Positions 25,901 through 36,318 of a stretch of 64,000 nucleotides of DNA are shown one piece after another. How positions within the stretch are numbered: the first letter of the stretch is position 1; each line of letters begins with the position of its first letter. Origin of the DNA: Cercozoa sp. M6MM. Taxonomy: Eukaryota; Protista; Endomyxa: Ascetosporea. Position numbers and translations under genes: made by a program. The stretch lies in the NCBI GenBank assembly GCA_040357565.1, contig JBDODJ010000024.1; one strand, 5' to 3'. The notes beneath the pieces were generated by a model, which had not been told where the DNA came from, made no database searches, and was given only the letters and a program-made list of their open reading frames with translations.

Positions 25901-27734
25901 GGCAAGGTAGGGAACAAGGCAAGGTAGGGNNNNNNNNNNAGGCAAGGTAGGGAACAAGGCAAGGTAGGGAACAAGGCAAGGTAGGGAACAAGGCAAGGCA
26001 TGGAGCAAGGCAGGCAAGAGCGCGCCCCAGAGAACACAGGGAGAGGCGTTACCAACTGCAGTGCATGCGTCATAATGTCTAACACACGTGTGCCCAGGAT
26101 GGAGGACAGGTAGCCCTGTCTCTCTCGGTTGGCGGCCAGTCGCACCAGGAACCACCGGTAGAGCAGTGTCTCCTCCGGCGTGGCGCTGTGCTCCTCGTGC
26201 TCCTCTGGGTAGTTCAGCACCTGCCGCAGGTTGGTCTCGAACCACACCAGTGCCAGGTCCAGTCGGCGCTCCCTGCCAGCAGTGCACCGGAAAAGTAGGG
26301 GGGGGAGGTGGCGTAGGGTGAGGGAGGGGTAAAAGGAAACCGCTGCGCGATCGACTCGTCGGCGAGTCTCGGGAAGCGTTGCAGCAGCGCCTCGTCGTCC
26401 TGTGGCTCCACCGGCGCCAAATCCGACGCCGGCTCGTCCTTCTCCAGCGGGTCCGTCAGGAACTGTGCCAGACATACACACACACACATATATATACACA
26501 TATATATAAATAGATATAGATATATACACAAGGAGATGTATATACAGACTGACTAGTGACTCACCTCGAACAAGTGCGGTTGCGGTGTGCGGGCAGCGAC
26601 GTTGTCCAGCGAGTGGTTGTTCTGGACGGCCACGGCTTTCAACTACACATATATACACATACACGGACACACAGACATATACACAGACGACATATGTCAA
26701 TGTGTACACACACACACACACAGGCAGATGCAAGGGCGCATACCTGGCGCAGCAGCACGAGGCAGCGCGCGAACAGACGTCGCTCCGAAAAGGCCTCGCG
26801 GCACGGGTCCCAGAAACTGTCGCGCTCAGCGCACATGCAGAGGAAGTTCTCGCAGTCCTCGAATCGCTCGTTCGCGCAGTGCTGCAGCGCATCTGTTGGT
26901 CATACCGGGGGGGGGGGGGTAAAAACGTGAGATACAGGAGTTGGGAGTGAAGGATTACCAGTGAGTGGGCCCAGGTAGAGTGCCACATCGTCCTCGCTCT
27001 CAAAGAAACGCTCAAACTCGGGAGTTCCTATGGCGTCTTCCGATAACACCTGGCCACATACACATGTACGTATGAACACATGTACATATGGACACATGTA
27101 CACTTGTACACCTGTACATGGAGAACGGGTACCTCACTGGACGGCAGTCGCGCACGCAGCACTGCCTCCAGACCAACGTAGGTGCCATCGACCGGGTCCT
27201 CCACCTGCACGGCACCGTCGTACCCATGCATGCACATACACACACAAACACACCTCATTGGCGAGCTCCTTGACGAAGCGAACAAAGTCACGGTCACGTC
27301 CACTGTGGGTAGGGTAGGGGTAGGGGCAGGGATATGAGTACGGGTAGGGATGGGAGTACGGGTAGTGTAAGGTAGGGGCAGGGTCCCTAGGGGTAGGGCA
27401 GGTGCAGGTACCTCAAGTCGAGCGAGCCTGTCTGCGCGAAGAGCTGTCGAACGACGCGCATGGCGTGTCGCACCACCCGCCGCGGCAGCGACAGGTCGCA
27501 CAGCACCTTCTGGCAGATCGTGATCAGCTGCTGCCGCGAGGCCTCGTCGCTCACGGCCGCGTCATCTTCCTCCGTGCTGGCCTATGCCCCATACACTCAC
27601 ATCAGTGCCTTCCTTCCTCAGAAGGTACATCAGCCTGCGTACCAAGCGGAGGAGACACAGGAGCTCGCGCAGCACCATGGCCTTGTGGGTGAGCGGTGTG
27701 TCGGCACTGTGGTCGTCCAGAGGCGCCAGGTTCT

Positions 27735-27774
<40 letters not shown>

Positions 27775-29115
27775 TGTGTGTATAGACATATATATATCTA
27801 TATGATTGTGTGTGTGTGTGTACTACCTCATCGTCGGCGCACTGAGCCGGCAGCGTCATGACGGCGCCGAAGAGAGCCAGGAAGCCCGACAGCGGCGGCA
27901 GCAGGTCGCTCAGCGACTCGTGGCGGCGGCGACGCTCCTCGCACCACACGCGCCAAAACAGCGTCGTGTTGGGCGTCACCTGCGTCTGCAGCCACAGCAG
28001 CTTGATGCGCTCGTCGCCTGTGCCATCATACCCTCCATCATACCCTTCGACATCCCCTTCACCATACCCTCCCCATGTCCGAGTGGTGATACCGTCGAGA
28101 TCATCGACGTTGTTGCGACACCAGTCGGCGAACTTGTCGGGCACCTCAGCATTGAAAATTGCGTGCAGATGCGCCTGCGCTTTCGTTTCCATCACCGTGT
28201 CTTGCATCACGGTGCAGTTCACTGTGCGGGGGTAAGAAGAGGATACAAACATGCGCGGGATGAAGCGGGTGGGGTGCGTGCACAGCCAACGCACCCAGGT
28301 GATGCAGCGAGCGCTCGGACTGACGCGGTCGCTCGGACAGTGTGAGCGGCTGCAGCAGCGCGAACACGTCGCCGCTCTCGTCGTCCTCTTCCGTCTGTCC
28401 GTACATCACAGGTTATATATTATATATATATATATTATATGGATATATATATATATATATATCTATAACTACGCACCTTTCGCGACGTGCGCGCCCAGCG
28501 TCGCAGCAGTTCCTGCGCGGCACTCCGCACGCCTGCACACACACACACACACACACACAGTTTTCCCTCGCAGCGCAAGCACTCCCTGCCATGCAGCACA
28601 GGCCTACCAGAGTCCTCGTCTTGGAGGGAGATGTGCAGAACATCGCTGAGTACTTGCTTTCTGTCTCACACAAATACACACACAAATACACACATACACA
28701 CACACACACAAATACACAGATACGCACACAAAAATACACACATACACAAAGACGTAGTCTATGTATAGATTATGCATACGATGTAGTACCTTTTGGCAGC
28801 ACGTGCGCTCTGTCGCTCATTCAGATTCAGCAGCACGGTGTTGCTGCCTCGGTGGCCAGTGATCGGGTTCAGTCGGCCAGCGACGGCGTCAAATGACACA
28901 CGCGACTGCAGCAGTGCCAGCAACTGCAACACAGGTGGAGATACTCTCGTTCACACACACACACCACACACACAAGTAACAACGCGGGATACCTGCTTCC
29001 GCACGCGTGGCCGCTCGTCGGTCAGTCGGCGTGCAATGTAGAGGAAGTTGCTGCGTGACATCTCTGTGTATATTTTTATATTTACACAGGAAGATAGGGA
29101 CGAGGCAAACCAATT

Positions 29116-29190
<75 letters not shown>

Positions 29191-32149
29191 NNNNNNNNNN
29201 NNNNNNNNNNNNNNNNNNNNNNNNNNNNNNNNNNNNNNNNNNNNNNNNNNNNNNNNNNNNNNNNNNNNNNNNNNNNNNNNNNNNNNNNNNCCCCCCCCCC
29301 CCTGCAAAGGCACTGGCCGACACAGAGTTGCCGATGTCGTCGGGACAGGAAGGTATGCAGTTTACCCCTCCCCCCACCCGCACTTGTACCCCCCTCCTCC
29401 CGTAGCCGCATTTGCGACACTAGTGCTGATGCCGTCAATGCTGTAAGTTATGTATGTATGTATGTATGTATGTATGTATGTACGTATGTATGTATGTATG
29501 TATGTATGTATGTATGTATGTATGTATGTATGTATGTATGTATGTGTGAATGGATGTATGTATGTATGTATGTAAGTGTGAATGCCGGATGTATGTATGT
29601 ATGTATGTGTATGTGTGTATGTACGTATTTATGCATGTGTGTATGTATGTATGTATATTTGTCTCAGTCTGGTGTTGTTCACGGGCGTGCGGCTCTTCAT
29701 GGTGCCCTTGTCCTCCCCTAATGACCAAAGGGGCAATATACTTAACTGTTCCGTCTACAGGTGCGTTTCGCGGCGACGCAGTGGCTCTCGTTGGAAAAGC
29801 GCAGTCGACGGCAGCTGGCCTGGGTGCGACTGCCGCTGCTTCTGCCACCTATCCATATTTAGCTATATATACATACATACATACATATATATATATAATA
29901 TATATATACATATTATATGTATACTTAGTCATATATATCTATATATATATATGTATATACGTGTGTGTGTACCTGTATCCATCTACTTCTCTTATCTACA
30001 CACCTTGTCTCGTGCAGTTGAAACGTGTCGTTCTAGGAGACGACAGCAGTGCCAAACGTCTCTCTGAGTACACATCTACACACATCGACTCATATATACA
30101 CACATACATACATATATAAATATATATATATATATACACGACAGCGACCCGACACGACGCGACGAGACAGAGTTCGACTTTGCGGCCGATGCCATGTACT
30201 CTTCACCTGGCATCCGTCCTTCAGACTCTGGTCTGTCTTGTCTATTTTCCGTCCTTCTTGTAGGTCGCCGCAAGAGCTCTGCGAACGCAACTTCCGCGAC
30301 ATGCTGCACGCCGGTGCCTCGCGGCGTGTTGGTATCTACCCCACCTGCCCCCTCCCCCTGTGTACGTCCTGTTCTGTGCGACAGCACTCCGACGCACGCT
30401 GGACAGTCAGGTGAAGCGAGGTGGCGGCACCTTCCGCGAGCATCTGGCGCGCTGCGACGACCACGAGGACCCGGCCGAGTCGGAGCGACCTGTGTCGTCT
30501 TTGGACTCGGGCTCGGAGTCGGACGCGTCGAGTGAGGCACTCGGCACCATGGGCGTCCTGGAGCTGCCGACGCTGCATCACGAGTCATGATTCGATTCGA
30601 TTTAACGGTTATTTATCTAAAATCTATGGACACATGTCCACATATACAGTATTGTTACGAAACGGTATTTTCCACCCGGCCAGTCAGATCTCTGGTGCTC
30701 CGCGCGGAAGAAAGCTATTCATTGAGCACTTTGAGAAGTGTGGTGTATTGTGTTTGTCTGACTCCCTGACCTCTCCGAGAGTGTTGCTGACCTCCTTACC
30801 CTGTGTTTGGTAGACTGACCTCGAAAGAGCAAGACTTTGCTCCTTTCCTGAAAAGGCTCTCTACTCACCAGGTAAAGCACTTCTCCAGGCTCCAGCCCTT
30901 GCACTCACGGAATCCCTTGTTGCTGTCTTCCCAGCACAGAGAGCCTTTCTTTTTCTCCTTTACGTTCCTCCTTCTCCTTCCTTCCTTCTTCTGACTACCG
31001 GGCCTCTCATCCTTCCCGACCAGTCTACTTCCTGTACTTTGCCGACCCTATCTTGGGGTAACTACATCTGAACTGACTACGTCTACTGACTCAATTCTTC
31101 TTCACATCGATTCCATTAGTTTCTTTAGTCTTTTTCCTGGCATAGTACTCTTTTGCACTACCAAAGCCTCAATTTTTGAAAGGCTGCGGTAACAGTATAC
31201 TTAGCCACGTACGTGACGCCATGTACGGCACTAGGAATGACATCAAACTAGAGAAGTTCGTAGGCACCGTGCAACGCGAATACGAGAAACAGAGCGCCGC
31301 CTAGCAACGTCACCTTCTTCTCACTGATGCGGGAGGCCAGCAACTTGCCTACACAGAAACAGCGTAGTCACATATGTGATACGATGTGCCTCAACAAGGT
31401 GTATTCACAAGCGTACCACCGATACAGGCGAGACCGGTACACAAGGCGTGGCCCAGCAGACCACCTGTTTTGGATACAGATAAGAGGGATGGGGGGTGGA
31501 GGGGTATAGGATAGACAAGGTACCAACGATGATGCCAAGAAGGTGGTACTGCGAACCCATGACCACAGTGGTCACCTGCGATCGATCACCCCACTCGGCC
31601 AAAAAAGTCATTGTGGCCGCCTGCCAGAGCACGCTGCTGGAGGCACTCGACACGGCAGCGCTGGCGACAGTGTCGGACGGCGACGTTGCGTCCGGTAGAG
31701 CCTCCAGATCCAGATCAAAGTCTTCGTTGTCCTCCTCGAGTCCTTTTATTCCACACAATAATTTTGTAATTTTATAAACACTTGTGTGAAAGTACCATCA
31801 GCACTGAGACGACGTTCGCGCGACGACATCAGTCCTTTCGTCTCGTCAGCACGCGAAGCAACGCCCAAATAGTCCTGCGTTCGCCCAGTAAACAACAGTA
31901 TCTTTCTCTCGGTCAAAAGCGTACATCGGAAACGAGTCCTTTCGCCTGCAGTTCCTCCTCGACCTCGGCCAGTTCGTCGCTCACACCTGCGTTTCAATAG
32001 TGAAATCAACAAGCAGCCGGTACAAGAAGATTAACAAGGCAGACTACCGTCGTCCATGTGCAGACCGTCGTACAGCAAGCGCGCACCAAAGCCGGCGAAC
32101 AGCACCACCGCCAGCACACGCGTCACGGCTGCCGGGAGAATTCCCTAAC

Positions 32150-32197
<48 letters not shown>

Positions 32198-32207
32198 NNN
32201 NNNNNNN

Positions 32208-32256
<49 letters not shown>

Positions 32257-32872
32257 AGGAGTACCGAGTTCCTGCATGGCGGCCAGTCGCACGCGCTCGG
32301 ACATATCGTGATCCAGGGCTTGTCGCATTTTCTGTCAGCAAGGCAAACGTACATACACACTGGCAGAGTCTACGAGGAGGAACAGGGTCACACACCTCTG
32401 TCACGGCCATGCCGGGCACATTGACAAGGTCCGATTCGCGCTGGTAGCGCTGGCCCCGCATGCGCAGACGCGACTGTTTTCGGCGTAGTGAACCAGCGAG
32501 TAACTAGGAAGCAAGGTGGCACCGACTGGAAGGTACAGTACCTGCTCGTGCTCCCACTCGGACATTGGGAACTGCAGTCTCTTCAAGGCGCGGCACGCTT
32601 CGGCGCGGACAGCGTCCTGCAAAACAGCAGCATATCGACAAGTGCCTTGGGCGGTGCACAAGACACCCAGACTGGCCACAGAAAGGAGAACCTTGTTGTC
32701 CTGCATCATGGACAGCAGCGAGCGCTCCGCCTTGTTCAAAACTTCCTGGTCCTCGGGACGATCGATCTCCGTGCTTGCCTAGCCACGCAGACACACAGAC
32801 AGAGGGTCAAGCAGCAGGGAGATAATTCAAGAGCAGAGCAGAGCAGAGCAGAGCAGAGCAGAGCAGAGCAGA

Positions 32873-32931
<59 letters not shown>

Positions 32932-32959
32932 GAGAGGGAGAGAGAGAGAGGGAGAGAGG

Positions 32960-32993
<34 letters not shown>

Positions 32994-33784
32994 GAGAGAG
33001 AGGGAGAGAGAGAGAGGGAGAGAGGGAGAAAGGTACCACATTAAGCACTTTGCCGACAACCTGACAGACACGTGCACGTTGCATAAAGTCACTTGGCGGC
33101 TTGCCGCCCAGCAGACTCCGCAGCAGCTGCATCGTAAACGTGTGTCCAAAATCGGCGACTGACTGCTCTTCCTCATCGCTTTCGATGCTCTGTCGCATGC
33201 CTGCTCATCGAGGTAGACGCTAGTGATGTACAAAAGCATGCGTGTATGCAGTACCCACTCGACAGAGTTCTTCGATAAAGAGGAGGATGCGGTTGAACTG
33301 CGGCGACTTTCGCCGGCATTTCTTGGCATCGAAGATCTTTCAGAAACAAGGGAGCGATAAGCCATAGTAAAGGAGGCAACGAGGAATAGTACCTGCACAA
33401 GGAAGGGCCACATGGCTTTGAAGCACTTGGTGCCTCCATCCTCGTCATCTGCGAACACGCACGCATGAGTCTTGTATCGGCAGAACAACCCACCGTAGAA
33501 GGTACCGAAGTGTTTCACGAGGCGGTCAATGCACTGGCTGTGCGAGCTCGTGTTCTTCTGTGCCGTGTTTAACACCTGCGAGACAAGCCGCTCCTCCACA
33601 GTGAGTTCGCGCGCGTTGACAGGTGCGTTCTCATCCTACATGCAGAAAAATCGTTGGTTCGTGTTGGGGGTGGCACAATGACGCACACTCGTGGGACAAA
33701 TACCGCTGCATCGGCGTTTTTGTCGTCCTGTTTCTTGCGCGATCGGCGAGCTCGCTTGCGTTCAGGGCGAGTCTCTGCAGGCAT
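21240..33784 (-). CDS. NCAPG: Condensin I HEAT subunit CAP-G (Ycg1/Cnd3); interrupted in this assembly by 29291-32197
   Basis: N-terminal AQKNTSSHSQCIDRL, RILLF, QRARVCQ, DNKDAVRAEACRALKRLQ, DMSERVRLAAMQEL|EMSRSNFLYIARRLTDERPRVRK. Central TPNTTLFWR...LLPPLS; C-terminal LAEHCAK and SRQLLDGFFFFY. These follow the CAP-G motif order. Confidence 0.78.
25368..25442 (-). repeat. Coding 15-bp tandem repeat x5 (VSTQA) inside CAP-G
   Basis: GCCTGGGTGGACACT x5 on the + strand, in frame within an acidic insertion. Confidence 0.85.
25882..25999. repeat. Intronic 17-bp minisatellite (CAAGGCAAGGTAGGGAA)n spanning a gap
   Basis: Tandem units seen directly on both sides of a 10-N gap. Confidence 0.9.
29325..30590 (+). 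CDS. 3' part of a hypothetical (possibly membrane) protein; 5' exons missing
   Basis: Exons splice in frame: FATLVLMPSML|LVLFTGVRLFM|VRFAATQWLSLEKRSRRQLAW|LKRVVLGDD...|SPQELCERNFRDMLH...|LRRTLDSQ...LPTLHHES*. Confidence 0.55.
29449..29655. repeat. (TATG)n intronic microsatellite
   Basis: Seen directly. Confidence 0.95.
30653..31194 (+). mobile_element. Solo-LTR-like element, 542 bp, with 4-bp TSD
   Basis: TGTTAC...GTAACA inverted termini (TG..CA). GTAT is duplicated at 30649-30652 and 31195-31198. Non-coding, with homologous copies at 20561-20967 and about 65-420. Confidence 0.82.
31248..32144 (-). CDS. GDT1: GDT1/TMEM165 (UPF0016) Ca2+/Mn2+ transporter, 3' portion only
   Basis: VVLFAGFGARLLYDG|..DELAEVEEEL..|MTFLAEWGDRSQVTT..|GHALCTGLACIGG|KLLASRISEKKVTLLGGALFLVFA. 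The first E-x-G-D-K/R motif and the start codon are absent next to the gap. Confidence 0.9.
32830..33029. repeat. (AGAGC)n followed by (AG)n intronic microsatellite
   Basis: Seen directly. Confidence 0.95.
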
Positions 33785-34195
33785 CGAACTGCCTGTATGC
33801 GTTGGTGGTGAAATCGAGGAAACGCAAAAGATGCCAAATGGCCTCGCCAGAGAATCCTAAGTGTCACAAAACACTGAGATCGGAAATGCCTCTCTCTTTC
33901 ACGCACAGTACAGTGCGCTAGAAACCGGTTGGCCCAACGGCATTCAGAGAAGATCTGATTCACATCAATTCATGTTCAGTCGTCCTGTCGACTCATGGGA
34001 CCACTGGTTGAGCCGACACTGTTCTTCGAAACGCAGCGGCTAATACGGGCAGTCCGTGCTTTCGGCAACAGTTGCTCGGTAGTGCGTTGGTGACAAAATT
34101 GGTGGCTAGGCGAGCGCTCGTTCCAGCAATTTTTGATACAAATTGCCATCGATAGCACCTCAACTTGACGTCTTTAGTGGTGTGGTTTAACAAAA

Positions 34196-35438
34196 ATGAG
34201 CCACGAGGATCTTGACTCGCTAAACTGGAACGTTGTTGGCCCGTCGCGCTACACGCGCAGGTACGTTGCAATTCGATTTGATTTTTGCTCAACATGGCAC
34301 GTGATGTAATTTCTATCCAGCGTTTTGTTGCTGTTTGCGCAGTCGGCGACGTGCGGCACAGCTGAAGGCACAGGCTGCCCAAGAAGAGGGTGCGCCCACT
34401 GACAAGGATGTCGCTGCGACCGAGCAGGCGGAAGCGACGAAACAACAGTCGAAACCGGAGTCGGAACCTGTAGTGCGTAGTCTCGGCGAGCCCAACAAGC
34501 CCAAGCCGTACCTTTCCTTTTGTGTCTGTGTCTGTGTCTGTATGTACATGTTGTGTATGCGGGGGATTGGATATCATGGATCGGTATCATGTGATTGCTG
34601 CAGGAAGAAGAAGAAGAAGAAGAAGAGCAAGAAGGCCAAGCAGGCCATGGAGTCGCGCGAGGGCATGGTGTCTCTACTGGAGTCTTTGCTGCGGCAGTCA
34701 CCCGCACAGACGATGCTCATGTCCGCACTGTCCGACCGTGTGAGGGTAGCCTTTCCTTCTTGCCTCTCCCCCCCCCCCTCTGCCTGTGCAACTCCTTTGA
34801 TGTAACTGGCCGCACACGAGCAGGAGGTGACCAACGTGCGCTCGTGGAACAAGGACCTCAAGAGCAAATTCAGCACGCTCAAAAACTTCCTCGAGGCCGA
34901 GGATGTCTTTACTGTCGACGGTGATTTCGTTACCTTCGTTGTACGTTGTTTTCCTTCAGTGCTTGCATGTGAAGCATGCGATCATCGTGGCAAATGTCTT
35001 CAGGAGCGGCAACAGGAAACGACGCCGGAGCAGCCAGAAGCTGCCGTTCCCGAGGAAGCCGCGAAGGAGACGAGTGCCACTGTGACCGAAACGACCGAAA
35101 GCGCCGCCGCAGTCGCCCCCGTTGCTGCGGACAATGACAATAAGACGTCTGCCCAGAAGAAGGGGAGCAAGGGCAGCAAGAAGGGCAAGAAGGGCACCAA
35201 ATCCGCCAAGGCTGGCCGCCGGAACAACAGCGACAAGACGAGCAGCACGACGACGACGACGGTCAACACCACAGCCGCGAGCACCGGCAGCGGCAGCAGC
35301 GTGACGGCCTCCGACTCCTCCGTTGAAGAGCAGGAGCTCCCGTCCAGCAAGACTGCGAACCAGGTGATGCCCTTCATGCTGCTCGGTCTCGTGCTCGTCA
35401 CCGCCGGCCTCGTCTACAAAAAGGTGCTGCTGGAGTAA
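34196..35438 (+). CDS. Tail-anchored protein with putative LOTUS/OST-HTH domain
   Basis: Spliced product: MSHEDLDSLNWNVVGPSRYTRS|RRRAAQ...|KKKKKKSKK...LLESLLRQSPAQTMLMSALSDRVR|EVTNVRSWNKDLKSKFSTLKNFLEAEDVFTVDGDFVTFV|...VMPFMLLGLVLVTAGLVYKKVLLE*. The domain call is by pattern only. Confidence 0.7.
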
Positions 35439-36318
35439 ATGAGTCCCGTCGATCCGCCCGACTCCCCTCTCGGCGATCATCTCGCATTCTCATCTTGACT
35501 TGTGGTTTGCATATTTGGTCTACCCTGCGAGCTCATTAATATCAGTGCTCCGAGTACGGGATACAGTAACATGTTCCCACAATCCGAACTGTTAAGTACA
35601 GTTCTAGAGGTGCGTTAAAGCATCTGGCGCAACTGAAGGAGGATCGGGGCAAATGTAAATGTGACCATGGGTTACTTTCACGAGGTGTAGCTCACATTCC
35701 GTGTGGCTGGGCTCACACCGTCACCCATGCAAGTCCGTGACCGACGTACGGTACTGCTTGCACTGTGACTGCGCTCACTGTACTTGTTGATTGTGAGACT
35801 GTCACTTTCAGTGAAGACAACGACTAAAGAAAAGTAAGAATGTAAGGTCGTTAAATTTAGTGTTCGTTTGACGTCTCAATAAACCGAAAGATATCAGAAG
35901 AGAGAAGGTCACCCCAAGGTAGGGCCGTCGTTACAGCTGCAAATGTTGAGAGGCTTGTTCGTTGACAAACAAAAGAAAACCCTCTTGCCTGCTCAAGATA
36001 GAGCAAGTCAGTTGCTTTGGTGTCGACAAGCATGGTAATTCTTGCAGCAGTTTAGAGCTGCTCGCCACTCTACCAAACACAGGGTATGCCAAGCTAGGCG
36101 CTCTCAATTGTTAGGTTACCAGCTCTCAACCTTAGCAAAACACTTCAATTCTTATTTGGCATGACCGATAGTTGCTTCCACGCGGAGCAAGTAGTCAGGA
36201 GTAGGTTTGATGTTGACAGTAACATACTTGGTTTTCATTTGCTAAACCACATAAATCACTTGCGTTGAGTTGACAGGCAGGATATTCCGAGTCGGCTACA
36301 CTGCTCTACACTGCAGTG

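Noticed and set aside
25368-25999. Tandem repeats as a CRISPR array
   Set aside because: Head-to-tail units with no unique spacers, no cas genes, and a eukaryotic context.
31248-33784. CAP-G N-terminus fused to GDT1 as a novel chimeric protein
   Set aside because: Splice phases are incompatible, the junction spans an assembly gap, and the CAP-G exon joins cleanly to the exon ending at 29063.
35650-35934. Possible second solo LTR ending GGGCCGTCGTTACA with an upstream AATAAA
   Set aside because: No 5' terminus with a matching TSD and no second copy in the window.
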